Source: an uncultured Actinomycetota bacterium
GTDB taxonomy: Bacteria > Actinomycetota > Thermoleophilia > RBG-16-64-13
Length of the DNA stretch: 64,000 nt
Assembly: GCA_963721365.1 (NCBI GenBank)
Contig: CAVRJE010000016.1
Coordinates: forward strand, 6,701-70,700
Direction: 5' to 3'
In this document: piece by piece, positions 20,173-31,978 of the stretch
Numbering within the stretch: the stretch's first letter is position 1
How the letters are laid out: each line of letters begins with the position of its first letter
The notes under the pieces: generated by a model
Databases searched by the model: none
What the model was told of the DNA's origin: nothing
Seen by the model: the letters and a program-made list of their open reading frames with translations, nothing else
Position numbers and translations under genes: made by a program

Positions 20173-21744
20173 CTACTTCTTGAGTAGCGCCTCAAGCTGG
20201 GCCACCTTCCCCGCCCCGAAGTAGGCGCAGTTGCCCTTCTTCTGGTCCGGCTCCACCGCGTTGTCCTTGATGGCCTTGCTCACCTTGGCCGCAGATACCC
20301 CGAGTTTTTCGGCGATCTTGCCGGCGGTCAGCAGTTCGTCGCCCATGTCGTCGCCCCCTCCTTCGTCCGGTGCTTCGCTATCCTTGACCTTCCGGGCCCT
20401 GGCCCACGACCGGGCCACGGTCTGTAGTTCCCCCGCTATCGATGGGGGCACCTTGCCGGTGATCCTCACATCTTCGTCTCGATACTCGAAAGTCACGGTG
20501 CCGCGCTCCCGGACCCGGGCCAGCAACTCGCCCTGGGTGTACGGGACGGCTAGGTCGACTTCGCTCCAGAGGTCGCCGAGCACCTCGGCAATAGCGGCAC
20601 GCAACTCATCGATGCCCGCGCCTGTCAGCGCCGAAGCCCTGAGCACGTGCAGATCGTCCCGCCGCACCACTCCCACCGCCGGCGGTTCCTTTGGGTCAAC
20701 GCGGTCGGCTTTGTTGAGTACCACCACCCGCGGTTTGTGCCCCGCCCCCAACTCGTCGAGCACAGTCTGCACCGTGCGCCGGTGTTCCGCCGCGTGCCGG
20801 TCGGCGAGGTCGACCACCTCTACCAGCGCGTCCGCCCGCGTCACCTCTTCCAGGGTGGCCTGGAACGCGTTCACCAGTTGATGCGGCAGCTTGTGGATGA
20901 AGCCCACCGTGTCGCTGACGATGGCCGTCTGGCCCTCCCCCAGCCGCACCCGGCGCGCCGTCGGGTCCAGCGTGGCGAACAGCATGTCTTCCGCCGCTGC
21001 AGCCTCCTGGCCGAACAGCGCGTTCAGGAGCGTTGATTTGCCCGCGTTGGTATAGCCGACGATGGCCACCGTCGGAAGGAGCCGGCGCTCGCGCGACCGC
21101 GCGGCCGTCTCCCGGCGCTGCCGCACCTCGTCCACCCGCTCCCGGGTCTTCTTGATGCGCTGGCGGATGACCCGGCGGTCGGTCTCCAGCTGGGTCTCCC
21201 CCGGGCCGCGCGTCCCGATGCCGCCGCCCGTCCTGGAAAGGTGCGTCCACAGGCGGGTCAACCGGGGCAACTGGTACTCCAGTTGGGCCAGCTCCACCTG
21301 GATGCGCCCCTCATGGGTGTGCGCCCGTTGGGCGAAGATGTCGAGGATCACGGCGCTGCGGTCGAGCACCTTGATGTCCAGCAGCGTCTCAAGCGTGCGC
21401 ATCTGCCTGGGAGAGAGCTCGTCGTCGGCCACCAGCATGGTGAACCGGAGGGAAGACTTGGCCTCTTTCAGCTCCTCGGCTTTGCCGGTTCCCATATACC
21501 AGACAGGATGGACCGACTCCCGGTGCTGCGCGACGCTGCCCACGACTTCGGCCCCGGCCGTCTCGACGAGCGCGGCCAGCTCGCTGAGCGACTCCTCCGC
21601 GGTCCACCCTCCTCCGTCGCCCACGTCCACGGCTATGAGATAGGCCCGCTCTCGCGCCGGAGGCCTGCCATCAACCCGCTCCCGATCGGCCCGATGTCCC
21701 GTAGGCTGGTTGCCGGCGCCGCCATCGCTTTTCGCTCTCGTCAT
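20173..21744 (-). CDS. hflX: GTPase HflX with about 57-aa C-terminal HTH-like extension
   Basis: G1 motif [10 protein letters not shown], plus DTVGF and NKAD. Likely start is MTRAKSD at 21744; the ORF track starts at 21807, overlapping the uvrA end. Confidence 0.9.
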   Translation of the reverse strand: MTRAKSDGGAGNQPTGHRADRERVDGRPPARERAYLIAVDVGDGGGWTAEESLSELAALVETAGAEVVGSVAQHRESVHPVWYMGTGKAEELKEAKSSLRFTMLVADDELSPRQMRTLETLLDIKVLDRSAVILDIFAQRAHTHEGRIQVELAQLEYQLPRLTRLWTHLSRTGGGIGTRGPGETQLETDRRVIRQRIKKTRERVDEVRQRRETAARSRERRLLPTVAIVGYTNAGKSTLLNALFGQEAAAAEDMLFATLDPTARRVRLGEGQTAIVSDTVGFIHKLPHQLVNAFQATLEEVTRADALVEVVDLADRHAAEHRRTVQTVLDELGAGHKPRVVVLNKADRVDPKEPPAVGVVRRDDLHVLRASALTGAGIDELRAAIAEVLGDLWSEVDLAVPYTQGELLARVRERGTVTFEYRDEDVRITGKVPPSIAGELQTVARSWARARKVKDSEAPDEGGGDDMGDELLTAGKIAEKLGVSAAKVSKAIKDNAVEPDQKKGNCAYFGAGKVAQLEALLKK

Positions 21745-24662
21745 GAAGCGGTCCTCCGTCTCGCCGGTGGGCCTCGCCGCGGCGCGGGGCCCGGCGGCCC
21801 GCACCACGGCAGCACCCGCCGCAGCACCTTGCCCGTCTCGCTGTCAGGGTGACCGCAGATGGCCTCGGGGGTGCCTTCGGCGATCAGCTCTCCCCCCGCC
21901 TCCCCGCCCTCGGGACCCAGGTCGATAAGCCAGTCGGCGCACTTGACGACGTCCAGGTTGTGCTCGATGACAAGCACGCTGTTCCCCGCATCCACGAGGC
22001 GCTGAAGCACCTCCAACAGCTTCTCCACATCCGCGAAATGAAGGCCGGTGGTCGGCTCGTCCAGGATGTAGAGCGTGTCGCCGGTCGCGATCTTGGCAAG
22101 CTCGGTGGCGAGCTTCACTCTCTGGGCCTCGCCGCCGGAGAGAGTCGTCGAAGGCTGACCCAGCTTGACGTAGTCCAGGCCCACGTCGGCCAACGTCTGC
22201 AGGCGCCGCCTGATCTTGTTCTGGTTCGCGAAGAATCCCACCGCTTCCTCAACGCTCATGTCCAGCACTTCCGCTATGTTCTTACCCTTGAAGCGCACTT
22301 CCAACGTCTCCCGGTTGTAGCGTTTGCCCCCGCAGACCTCGCAGGGCACGTACACGTCGGGCAAGAAGTGCATCTCTATCTTGAGCGTCCCGTCGCCCTT
22401 GCAGGCTTCGCAGCGGCCGCCCTTCACGTTGAAACTGAAGCGCCCGGGACCGTAGCCCCTCACCTTCGACTCCTGGGTATGCGAGTACAGCTCGCGGATG
22501 TGGTCGAACAGACCGGTGTAGGTGGCGGGGTTCGACCGGGGCGTCCTGCCGATGGGCGACTGGTCGATGTTGATCACCTTGTCCAGTTGCTCGATGCCGT
22601 CGATGCGATCGTGCTCGCCCGGCCGCACCGGCATGCGGTTGACCAGATTGGAGAGGCTGCGGAAGATGATGTCGTTCACCAGAGTGGACTTGCCGGAGCC
22701 CGACACGCCGGTGACGCAGACCAGGAGACCGGTCGGCACCCTCACGTCGAGGTTCTTCAGGTTGTGTTCCCGGGCCCCCCGGACCACGAACTCGCTCCGC
22801 GGCGTCCGCCGGGTGGCCGGCACCTCTATCCGCCGCTTCCCGGACGAGGAACTGCCCGGTGACCGAGCGGGGCTCCGCGAGGATGTCGGCCAGGGAGCCG
22901 CTTGCCACTACTTCTCCCCCGTGCTCGCCCGCTCCCGGCCCCATATCGACGATGTGGTCGGCCGAGCGCATGGTCTCCTCGTCGTGCTCCACGACGATGA
23001 CCGTGTTCCCCAGGTCTCGCAGGCGGAGCAGGGTGTTGATGAGCTTTCGGTTGTCCCGCTGGTGGAGCCCTATGGACGGCTCGTCGAGGATGTAGAGCAC
23101 GCCCACCAGGCTCGACCCGATCTGGGTGGCCAGCCGGATGCGCTGCGCTTCGCCGCCGGAGAGCGTGCCCGCGTTGCGGTGCAGGCTGAGATAGCCGACG
23201 CCGACAGCCTCGAGAAACGTGAGCCGCTCCCGGATCTCCTTGAGCACCCGTCCCCCGATGAGCCGCTCCCGCGGGCTGAGATCCAGCTCTTCCAGGAACC
23301 GCATGGTCCGGATGACGGGCATGCGACTCACCTCGTCGATGTTCTGCCCGCCGATGCGCACCGCGAGCGTGAACGGCTTCAGGCGGGCCCCGTGGCACGT
23401 CGGACAGGGCCGGTCGGCCATGTACTCCTCGATCTTGGACCGCATGTAGTCGGAGTCCGTCTCCCGGTAGCGCCGCTCCAGGTTGGGGATGACCCCTTCG
23501 AACGTCGTCATGTAGCTGCGCTTGAGCCCGGCCCGGTTCACGTACGACACGTAGAGCCTGTCGCCCCTCGTCCCGTACAGAAAGACGTCGCGAACCTCCT
23601 GGGGCAACTCACCCCAGGGCGCCGACACGTCGATCTCGTACCGCTCGGCCACCGCTCTGATGATCTGCTCGTAGTACTTCGAACTGCTACCGCTCCAGGG
23701 CAGGAGCGCGCCTTCCTTGACCGACAGCGAGGGATCGGCGACGACCAGCATCGGGTCGATCTCGCGCCGGGCCCCAAGACCGCTGCAGGTCTCACAGGCC
23801 CCGTGAGGCGAGTTGAACGAGAAGATGCGGGGCGCCATCTCCGGCAGCGACACCCCGTGCTCGGGACAGGCCAGATTCTCGGAGAAGAGCAGGCTGGTGG
23901 GAGACCGCCGCGGCCCGGCGCTCGGTCTCCGCCGTCGCCGGCGTGGACATCGACGACAAGGAGCCCATGGGCCTCCGATAGCGCGGTCTCCACGGAATCG
24001 GAGAGCCTGCGACGCACGCCCTCCTTCATGACCAGGCGGTCGACCACGATGTTGATGTCGTGGCGGACGTTCTTGTCCAGTTCCGGTAGCTGCTCGTCCA
24101 TCGTGTACTCCCGCCCGTCGATCTCCACCCGGGTGAAGCCCTCCTGACGGATGTGCTCGAGGATGTCCTTGTGCCAGCCCTTCTGCCCGCGGACGACGGG
24201 AGCCTTGACGACGAAGCGGGTATCGGACTCCAGCCCCATCACCTGATCGACGATCTGCTCCTTGCTCTGCCCTTCGATGGGCCGCCCGCAGATCCAGCAG
24301 TGGGGATGGCCTATCCGGGCGAAGAGGAGACGCAGGTAGTCGTAGACCTCGGTCACGGTGCCCACCGTGGAGCGCGGGTTGCGGGACGTAGTCTTCTGGT
24401 CGATGGATATGGCCGGCGACAGTCCCTCTATGGAGTCGACGTCCGGCTTGTTCATCTGCCCCAGGAACTGGCGCGCATAGGCGGACAGGCTTTCGACATA
24501 GCGGCGTTGACCTTCGGCATAGATGGTGTCGAAGGCGAGGCTCGATTTGCCCGAGCCGGACAGACCGGTGATGACTATGAATGTGTCGCGCGGGAGGGAG
24601 AGAGAGATGTCCTTGAGGTTGTGCTCCCGGGCCCCCGCGATGACGATGCGATTAGTGCCCAT
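21741..24662 (-). pseudogene. uvrA: Excinuclease ABC subunit A, two frame breaks as assembled
   Basis: Three ORF pieces (23538-24662, 22282-23853, 21741-22823) join into a full UvrA with both ABC modules and zinc fingers. Breaks lie near 23900 (net -1) and 22845 (+1, CAGTTCCTC[G]TCCGGG). Confidence 0.9.
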
Positions 24663-24725
24663 TACATAGGGATTCTAGCAGGTAGGGAGTGCCCTAGACG
24701 GCGCCGGGCGGCCGGCGCCACGGGC

Positions 24726-25845
24726 TCATGCAAAGGCCGCGAGCTGCGCCTTCAGTTGCCTGATCCTGTCCCGCTGGACGTCGATTGCCGGGTGTCCGGG
24801 AGCGTCCACCTTGCTATGGAAAAGCGCCAGGTTCATCTGCTCGCGCTGCAGGCGCTTGAGCACCAGCCGGGCCGTCGGCCCCTTCTGCTTCTTCATCCGG
24901 CGAAGCGCCGCCCGCCGCCGGCGGCCGCTCTTGAGGACCTGGAACTCCTCTTGGGTCACCACGTCGCTCCCCACTTCTTCGGCCATCAACCTGGAAAAGG
25001 CCTGTTCCTCCCGCCGCCGGGCGAAGAGGCCCAGCAATAGGAGAAGGAGGAGGAACGGCAGGCCCTTGATGATCAGAGCCAGGATGAAGGTCCCGGCGCT
25101 GCCGGCCATCAGAGACTCCAGCCAGGGGGAGTTCCAGACGAAGTGCGCCGCCCAGGCCAGAACGGCAAACAGGGCGAAGACCCCGGCTCGGGCCCCCCAG
25201 GGCGCCGAACGGCGAGTGACATAGTAGGCGAAGCCGAATCCCAGCAGGCCTGTGAAGAGCATGTGGCTGTAGAGACCGGCCACCAGAACGCGGACGAAGA
25301 AGGTGGTCACCACCGGCCCTATCTGCCCCCCGTCCGACTGCGCCGCGGCGTGGACGAAGTACTGGATATTCTCCATGACCTGGAACCCAAGACCGATCAT
25401 CGCCCCGTAGACGAGCCCGTCCATCAGACCGTCGATCTCGTTGCGCGCGATCAAGAAGATCATCACGAGACCGGCGCCCTTGTAGAACTCCTCGTTGATG
25501 GGAGCCACCAGTGAGGCCCCCCAGGAGTCCACCTCCTTGGAGGGAAGGATGCTTTGGAGAAACGTCAGGGCCGCGGAGTTGGCGATAGCCGCGAAGCTGA
25601 GGGCCACCACGCCGCCCCACAGCAGAGCGACGGCGATCAGCGAGGCCGGCTCAGGCTCGAACTGGTCGAGGCGGTAGACGATGAGGCCGATAGGTATGGC
25701 AACGACGGCCAGAAGCAGGATCGACAGGAACCACGCCTGAGGATAGTCGGCCAGGAACGCCAAGTTGCTCGGAGCCGACGATCACAAGGCCGGCGAACAC
25801 CAGCATCAGGAACAGCCAGTATGCCGGCTGCCGGGATAGGTTCAC
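24726..25845 (-). pseudogene. prsW: PrsW-family intramembrane protease, frame broken near N-terminus as assembled
   Basis: Polytopic membrane protein with the INEEFYKG (EExxK) motif. A GTG start at 25845 overlaps the upstream stop (GTGA). A +1 base near 25763-25775 joins ORF 25651-25845 to ORF 24726-25763. Confidence 0.7.
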
Positions 25846-26342
25846 CGCGGCATAGCGAGGCTGTTCAGCATCGCGTCGAGGTCAGCTTGCACCTGCGCTA
25901 CCTGACCGGCCGGCGCGACGGCGAGCATGGCCATTCCCGTCCCGCCGATCGTGCCGACCACGAGCTCGCCCTCCAAGGCGCCGGAGTCGGCCGTGCCCGA
26001 GAAAAGCACCTTGAGCGCCGGAACACCTCCCGCGATGGTGGTGGAAGCGGGCGGCAGCGAGCGGAACGACCCGAACTGTGCCTTCAGATCCCCCAGTTGC
26101 TGGTCGAGCAACTCTTGGGTCGTGCCGCTGTAGCTGTCCGCGGCGAAGGCCGCCAGAACACCGGCGTGCTGCAGCGAAACGGCGTCCGGCCCTACGTTCC
26201 AGACATCTTGGGCCGAGACCCATCCGGAGGCCGGGGTCACGGTGACTCCCTGTCGGAGTGAGGCGGGCGTCTGCTGCGCCGCCCCGGCTGTCGGTCCCGA
26301 GAACGCGGCGAGGGCCATGACGAAGAGCATCCAGGCGATCAT
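25842..26342 (-). CDS. Secreted or membrane-anchored hypothetical protein
   Basis: 166 aa with an N-terminal hydrophobic segment. Translationally coupled to prsW. The true start may lie further upstream, because the frame stays open to about 26470 and a possible indel sits in a C-run. Confidence 0.5.
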   Translation of the reverse strand: MIAWMLFVMALAAFSGPTAGAAQQTPASLRQGVTVTPASGWVSAQDVWNVGPDAVSLQHAGVLAAFAADSYSGTTQELLDQQLGDLKAQFGSFRSLPPASTTIAGGVPALKVLFSGTADSGALEGELVVGTIGGTGMAMLAVAPAGQVAQVQADLDAMLNSLAMPR

Positions 26343-26484
26343 GGCGCCGACGAGGAGGAGCGGAGACCGCCAGGGCGACCGCGGACGAGGGTCGGGAACA
26401 GGGCGGGGCGGGGCCCCGCGGGCTTTGTAGACAGGGGGATTGCCGAAATCGACCGTGGCGCCTCACCATCCCGTCAATGAAAGG

Positions 26485-26557
26485 TGGAGGTAAGGGGACT
26501 CGAACCCCTGGCCTCAACGCTGCCAGCGTCGCGCTCTCCCAACTGAGCTATACCCCC
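26485..26557 (-). tRNA. tRNA-Ala (anticodon GGC)
   Basis: Hand-folded cloverleaf: acceptor GGGGGUA/UACCUCC with the G3:U70 alanine identity pair, anticodon loop CUGGCAG, T-loop GGTTCGAGTCC. CCA is only partly encoded. Confidence 0.9.
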
Positions 26558-26575
26558 ACGGCAAGGCGGTCACGC

Positions 26576-26604
26576 ATTATAACGGGTGCCCCCTGGTGGC
26601 GCAA
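26576..26604 (-). promoter_or_regulatory. Putative sigma-70-type promoter for tRNA-Ala
   Basis: On the minus strand: TTGCGC, 17 nt, TATAAT. The -10 lies about 19 nt upstream of the tRNA 5' end. Confidence 0.45.
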
Positions 26605-26671
26605 CCAAGACGCGAAGAGCCGGCGCCCGTGACCGCCCCTGCACGCCGGCCGCCGCGCGCACCGGGTCAGG

Positions 26672-27115
26672 TCATTCGACCGACTCGGCGGGCGCTTGCT
26701 TCCACAGCACGTCCAGGCGGTAGAAGTCCCGGGCCTCGGGCGTGAACACGTGGACCATGAAGTCCAGGTAGTCGACCAGGATCCACTCCCCGCTGCCCGC
26801 ACCCTCGCGGCCGGCCGGGAGGATCCCGTCTTCCTGCTTCAGCTTGAAGGTCACCTCTTCCGCGATCCGTCTGGTCAGACGGGCGTTGCGGCCGGTGCAC
26901 AGCACGAGGAAGTCGGTATAGGTGACCAGCTCGTGCATGTCCAGTATCTTGACGTCCTCGGCCTTGACGCCCGCCGCGGCTCTTGCCGCGAGGAGAGCGC
27001 GCTGGTGGATGGTCTCGAGGTCGACCGGCGCATCTGGGTCGCGCGGGCGTTCCCGCCGGGTGGCGGCCTCCAGAAGCGACGAGGGATCCCCGGCATCCAG
27101 CTCAGGCATATCCAT
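26672..27115 (-). CDS. rsfS: Ribosome silencing factor RsfS (iojap)
   Basis: 147 aa with the core [11 protein letters not shown]...[14 protein letters not shown], typical of RsfS. Confidence 0.85.
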   Translation of the reverse strand: MDMPELDAGDPSSLLEAATRRERPRDPDAPVDLETIHQRALLAARAAAGVKAEDVKILDMHELVTYTDFLVLCTGRNARLTRRIAEEVTFKLKQEDGILPAGREGAGSGEWILVDYLDFMVHVFTPEARDFYRLDVLWKQAPAESVE

Positions 27116-27118
27116 CGG

Positions 27119-28636
27119 CTACTCCCATTCGATTGTCGATGGCGGTTTGCTCGAGATGTCGAGCACCACCCGGTTGACTCCCGGCACCTCGTTGATGATG
27201 CGCTGGGAGATGCGTTCTAAGAGGTCGTAGGGCAGGCGAGCCCAGTCGGCGGTCATCGCGTCGTCGGACGTGACGGCCCGCAGCACTATTGGATAGGCGT
27301 AGGTCCGTTCGTCCCCCATCACCCCCACACTCCGGATGGCGGGCAGAACCGCGAACGACTGCCAGACCTGCCGGTAGAAGCCGGCCTTTTCGATCTCCTG
27401 CAAGAAGATGGCGTCCGCCTCGCGGAGAACCCGCAGCCTCTCTTCGGTCACGTCGCCGATGATACGGATGGCGAGGCCCGGCCCCGGGAACGGCTGCCGC
27501 CACACGATGTGCTCGGGCAGACCCAGTTCTTCGCCCGACTGTCCTCACCTCGTCCTTGAACAGCATGCGCAGCGGCTCGACCAGGTCGAAGTCTATGTCC
27601 TCAGGAAGCCCGCCCACGTTGTGGTGGGACTTGATCTTGGCCGCTTCTCTCGTCCCCGATTCGATCACGTCGGAATAGAGCGTGCCCTGCACGAGGAAGC
27701 CCGCCTTGCCGAGTTTGTGCGACTCTTCTTCGAACGTGCGGATGAACTCCTCGCCGATTATCTTGCGCTTGTGCTCCGGATCCGAGACCCCGGCGAGCTT
27801 CGTCAGGAAGCGCTCCTGGGCCTGCACATGCACCAGGGGGACGTGGAAGTGGCGGCGGAAGGTGTCCTCTACCTCGTGGCCCTCGTTCTTGCGCATCAAC
27901 CCGTGGTCCACGAAGATGCAGGTGAGCTGCTCCCCACCGCCTTGTAGGTGAGGAGGGCGGCGACGGCGGAGTCCACCCCGCCGGAGAGACCGCAGACTAC
28001 TCGCTCCTTGCCTACCTGGGCCCGGATGCGCTCGACGGCTTCCTCGATGATCGACACCGGCGTCCAGGTGGGGGCGATGTCGCAGACTTTGTAGAGAAAG
28101 TTCTTCAGGATGTCTTGACCGTGCGCGGTGTGCCGCACCTCGGGATGGAACTGCACCCCGTACAGCCCGGAGGACTCGTCCTCCATGGCGGCCACAGGCA
28201 TGTGCGGGCTCTGGGCGGTGGCCGTGAAGCCTTCCGGGACCTCCACCACCGAGTCGCCGTGGCTCATCCAGCAGGCAAGCTCCGTGGGCACGCCCGCGAA
28301 CAGTCTGCCCTGCTTGGTGACGGTGAGCGGCCTGCCGCCGTACTCGGCCAGCTCGGTCCTCGCGACCCGCCCTCCGCGAAGCTTGGCCATCAGCTGCAAC
28401 CCGTAGCAGATGCCCAGGATGGGCACGCCGAGTTCGAACAGACCCGGATCGGGCAACGGTGCGTCGGCCTCGTTGACGCTGCGGGGCCCGCCGGAGAGGA
28501 TCAGCCCGGCCGGTTTTCGCGCTCGTATCTCCGCGAGCGGGGTGTCGTAGGGGATCATTTCCGAGTACACCCGGCATTCGCGCACGCGCCGGGCGATGAG
28601 CTGAGCGTACTGGCCGCCGAAATCCAGCACCAGCAC
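27119..28636 (-). pseudogene. guaA: GMP synthase (glutamine-hydrolysing), two frame breaks as assembled
   Basis: GATase N-domain ([12 protein letters not shown]) in ORF 27896-28804. ATP-PPase SGGVDS and the middle part in ORF 27102-28577. C-terminal dimerisation domain in ORF 27119-27505. Breaks near 27940 (G missing from a G-run) and 27535 (+1). The start assigned to GTG 28634-28636 is uncertain. Confidence 0.85.
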
Positions 28637-28649
28637 GGTAGCGACACCG

Positions 28650-29621
28650 TCAACCTTGCGAGTCAGCGGGCACCTCCTCCAGTTCCACCCGTTTCGCGAG
28701 TCTCTCCGCATCCGAGGGTAGGAACACCCCGGCGCCGTAGCGGATGAGATTCGCGGTCGCGCAGCCGAGGCCGAACCGCAGGCACTGCTCCGGCGATTCC
28801 CCATCCATGAGCTTTACCGCATACCCGCCCACGAGAGCGTCCCCCCATCCCAGCGGCGAGAGCGTCTCCACATCAGGCATCCTCCCGATGAACGTGCGGT
28901 GGGTGTCCCCGTAGTCCAGTTCCGCGATGCAACCGAAGCGGAAGGTGATGACCACCGATCCCGCCCCCATCTCCCGCATCCGTCGTGCGGCAAGGATGCG
29001 GTCCTCCATGCTGGTGAACTCGTATCCGATGACCTTCTCAGCCTCGATCAGCTTGGGAAAGACAAAGTGGGGGTGCGCCTTGATGCCCAGCCGCAACGGG
29101 TCGCCATAGGTGTAGAAGAAGACCTTGACCCCCAGGGGGCGCACCTTCTGGATGAGGCGGGCGTAGCAATCGTCCTCAAGTTCCGGGGGCACACTGCCCG
29201 CGAACACCACGATCTCCACCGCCCGGCCGAGGTAGTCCAGTTTGTCGTAGAGCGATTCGAGCTCTTCGGGCTGGATATCGGGCCCTTGCTCGTTGATCTC
29301 GGTGATGCCGTTCGTGGCCGGGTCGACGACCGCCGTCGAGATACGAGATTCGCCGGCGACCCGGACGAAATCGCACAATATGCCCTCGCCGTTCAGGTCG
29401 GCCAGAATCTGATCGCCCTTGCGGCCCCCCACGAACCCGGTGGCTATGACCGGTCTTCCCAGCGCCTTGATAGCCCGGGCGACGTTGATGCCTTTACCCC
29501 CGGGCAGGATGACCGTCTCGGTAGCCCGATGCCTCATGCCCGCCTGAAAATTGGGGACGGTCATGGTGCGATCCAGTGCCGGATTGAGAGTGACGGTGAG
29601 GATCATCCCGCGCTCGCCCAT
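28650..29621 (-). CDS. PfkB-family sugar-phosphate kinase (1-phosphofructokinase/tagatose-6-P kinase-like)
   Basis: 323 aa. The N-terminus LTVTLNPALDRT...GGKGINVA and the C-terminal GWGDALVGG motif are typical of the FruK/LacC branch. Confidence 0.8.
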   Translation of the reverse strand: MGERGMILTVTLNPALDRTMTVPNFQAGMRHRATETVILPGGKGINVARAIKALGRPVIATGFVGGRKGDQILADLNGEGILCDFVRVAGESRISTAVVDPATNGITEINEQGPDIQPEELESLYDKLDYLGRAVEIVVFAGSVPPELEDDCYARLIQKVRPLGVKVFFYTYGDPLRLGIKAHPHFVFPKLIEAEKVIGYEFTSMEDRILAARRMREMGAGSVVITFRFGCIAELDYGDTHRTFIGRMPDVETLSPLGWGDALVGGYAVKLMDGESPEQCLRFGLGCATANLIRYGAGVFLPSDAERLAKRVELEEVPADSQG

Positions 29622-30876
29622 CTATCCGATTCCGAGGGCGGCGCCGAGACGGTGCCAGTAGTAGACGAGCTTCGTGCCCAAGGTGGGAGCTGGAAAGGAC
29701 TTGGTGGCGACAAGGTCGGACCTTGCCTATCTCTTTTCCCCCGGAGCTTGCCACCACATGCCCGTACGTCTCGCCGGCCTTGATAGGCAGTTCGAGCGGA
29801 CGTTCCACGGTGACCTTCGTGGTCACGACCTCGTCCCTGCCCAAATCGGTCTCTAACGCGCCGTCGGTGATCAATGCGACCTTGCCGTCCATCTGGTAGG
29901 GGACGTTCGCCTCGGCCAACGTGTCGCCCTTCGCCACGAGCGTCAGGTGCCGGAACTGATCGAGCCCATACTGCAGCAACGCCTTGCTCTCCTTGAAGCA
30001 AAGGTCGGTGTCGGGTTGGCCCAGGACGACACTGAGGACCTCGCGTCCGTCCTTGGTCCCCGATGCCACCAGACAATGATCCGCGTTGGGGGTAGACCCG
30101 GTCTTGATGCCCGTGACCCAATCGTACTGCTGGAGGAGCTTGTTGGTGTTGGTCAGCAGCAGGGGTGCCGCGCCATCGATGGACAACGTGTATTTCTTGG
30201 TGTCGACGAACTCTCGGAACTTCCCGTTTTTCATGGCGTAGCGGCCGAGCGCGGCCATATCGGCGGCAGTAGAGTAGTGACCGTTGGCGTCGAGACCGTT
30301 GGTGGTCACGAAATGAGTGTCGTCCATGCCGAGCTCCTCGGCCTTCTGGTTCATCTTCTCGACGAAGGCGCTGACGCTCCCCGCGTCGTGCTGGGCAAGG
30401 GCCACCGCCGCGCCGTTGGCGCTACGGAGCAGGAGCGCGTAGAGAAGTTGCTCGACCGTGAGCACATCGCCCGCCCTCACCCAGACGCTCGGTTCCCATG
30501 TGGTCGCCGCCTTCGCTGAGACGGTCACCGGCGTGCTGAGGTCCACGCCCGATTCGAGTATGAGGATGGCGGTCATGATCTTGGTCGTCGAGGCCATGGG
30601 CCTGCGGGTGCGGGCGTTGCGCTCGTACAGCACTTTGCCCGTGTCCAGACTCTCGACGATAGCAGCCGGCGACTTTATGGTCGGAGCCGGCCCGCCGAAG
30701 CCTTCGATGTCGGCAGCGCTTACTTGAGAGCTCTCCGTCTGAGAAGCGTCTACCGGCAGGGTGGTCGAGGTAGTGCCGATGGCGACTCCGGCCACGACCG
30801 AGCCGACGACCGCGAGCACCACAATGAAAAAAAGGAGCGGCAGGAGCCGCCCCAGCCTTATGTTTGCACCCCTCAT
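29622..30876 (-). pseudogene. D-alanyl-D-alanine carboxypeptidase (S11 serine peptidase), frame broken near C-terminus as assembled
   Basis: Signal/TM N-terminus and active site ASTTKIMTA (SxxK). A +1 base near 29718 restores the C-terminal anchor ...GKVDLVATKSFPAPTLGTKLVYYWHRLGAALGIG with stop at 29622-29624, abutting the pfkB start. Confidence 0.8.
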
Positions 30877-30943
30877 ACGGGCGAGTATAGCCTATACTTC
30901 CGGCCTAACGGCGTCCGACTGGGGAGGTGCGACCATCGCCGAG

Positions 30944-31690
30944 GTGCTGCGCCAGGCCGGGAAACGCCTGGTCCACAAGCAGTGGTTGATCTTCTATCCG
31001 CTGGCGCTGGCCGTCATCAACACCCTGGCCTTCCTGGCCGTCTACGGCGCGGCCGGTGCGGACCTCCAATGGAGCACGTTCTTCGTCGCGAACTTCGACC
31101 GCTGGCAATTCGTGCGCGACCAGTTCTTCAACGGCTTCTCCTTCACTCCCGCCCTCGGCGTCGCCGTGTTCGTCGGCCTGGCCGTGTGCCTGTTCACCGC
31201 GATGCTCAAGGCCCCCCTCTTCAGGGCCATCGTCGGCCCCGGCTACCCTTTGACACCCCGGAGTTGGGAGGAGACCGGGAGGCTCTCGCTCTTCTACGTG
31301 TTCTTCTATCTGGTGGTAGTGGTACTGCCTCTGGCCGCCCCGTTCGGCACGGCTCTCGACCAGGTCGCGCAGATGGCGGCCCTCGTGATCACTCTGCTCC
31401 TCGTCTACGCCGACTACGTGATCGTGTTCGAAGGCCTGACGTTTCTCCCAGCGCTGCGGCGCAGCGTGCGGCTGCTTTCCAGGCGCTGGCCCCCGGTGCT
31501 GCTGATATTCGTGGTCTTGTACTTCGTGGTCCTCGGCCTCAATCGCCTCTACAGCCTGTACTACGAGGGAGCCGAGGGCGTCTTCTTGCTCGTGCCTTTG
31601 AGCGAGATCCTGGTGTGGTCGTTCGTCAGCCTGGTCCTCGATCTCGTGTTCATCTTCCTCTACGAGCAGGTGAGGAACAGCCCTTCGTAA
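30944..31690 (+). CDS. Polytopic membrane protein of unknown function
   Basis: ORF 30761-31690. The upstream part overlaps the divergent dac gene, so the start was moved to in-frame GTG 30944. At least six hydrophobic segments. Confidence 0.55.
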   Translation: MLRQAGKRLVHKQWLIFYPLALAVINTLAFLAVYGAAGADLQWSTFFVANFDRWQFVRDQFFNGFSFTPALGVAVFVGLAVCLFTAMLKAPLFRAIVGPGYPLTPRSWEETGRLSLFYVFFYLVVVVLPLAAPFGTALDQVAQMAALVITLLLVYADYVIVFEGLTFLPALRRSVRLLSRRWPPVLLIFVVLYFVVLGLNRLYSLYYEGAEGVFLLVPLSEILVWSFVSLVLDLVFIFLYEQVRNSPS

Positions 31691-31732
31691 GGTGCCGGGC
31701 CGCCCGCGGGGACGGGCCGATGCCGCGCCTCC

Positions 31733-31978
31733 CTAGGCCGGCCGGCCGGTCCCTCCGGGCCAGGGCCGCTTATTGGCCGCCCTCGGCTCGATCAACACGG
31801 TCGGCTGGGTCGTCGGCTCACCGCTGGGGACCGCGTAGGTCTTGCCGCCGCCGACCACCCCGCCGAGCACGAGCCCGCACACGACCGCCACGGCCACGAC
31901 CCACACGAGCACGGGCAGGAGAAGGCGCAGCCAGGCAGCCGCTCCGCGTTCCTCGAAGGAGGCGTCGCCTCTACCCAC
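31733..31978 (-). CDS. Small single-TM protein (81 aa)
   Basis: GTG start overlaps the restored pyrF stop (GTGGGTAG). One TM segment (WLRLLLPVLVWVVAVAVVCGLVLGGVV). Confidence 0.45.
   Translation of the reverse strand: MGRGDASFEERGAAAWLRLLLPVLVWVVAVAVVCGLVLGGVVGGGKTYAVPSGEPTTQPTVLIEPRAANKRPWPGGTGRPA

Noticed and set aside
20148-20176. Tandem 14-nt direct repeat GGTCCGGCGCCTAC x2 (15-bp period) overlapping the hflX stop, giving two in-frame TAGs. I considered a CRISPR/VNTR or an IS target duplication.
   Set aside because: There are only two copies, with no spacer architecture. It lies 60 nt or more outside the inferred IS end. It is most simply a small slippage duplication within a GC-rich hairpin region.
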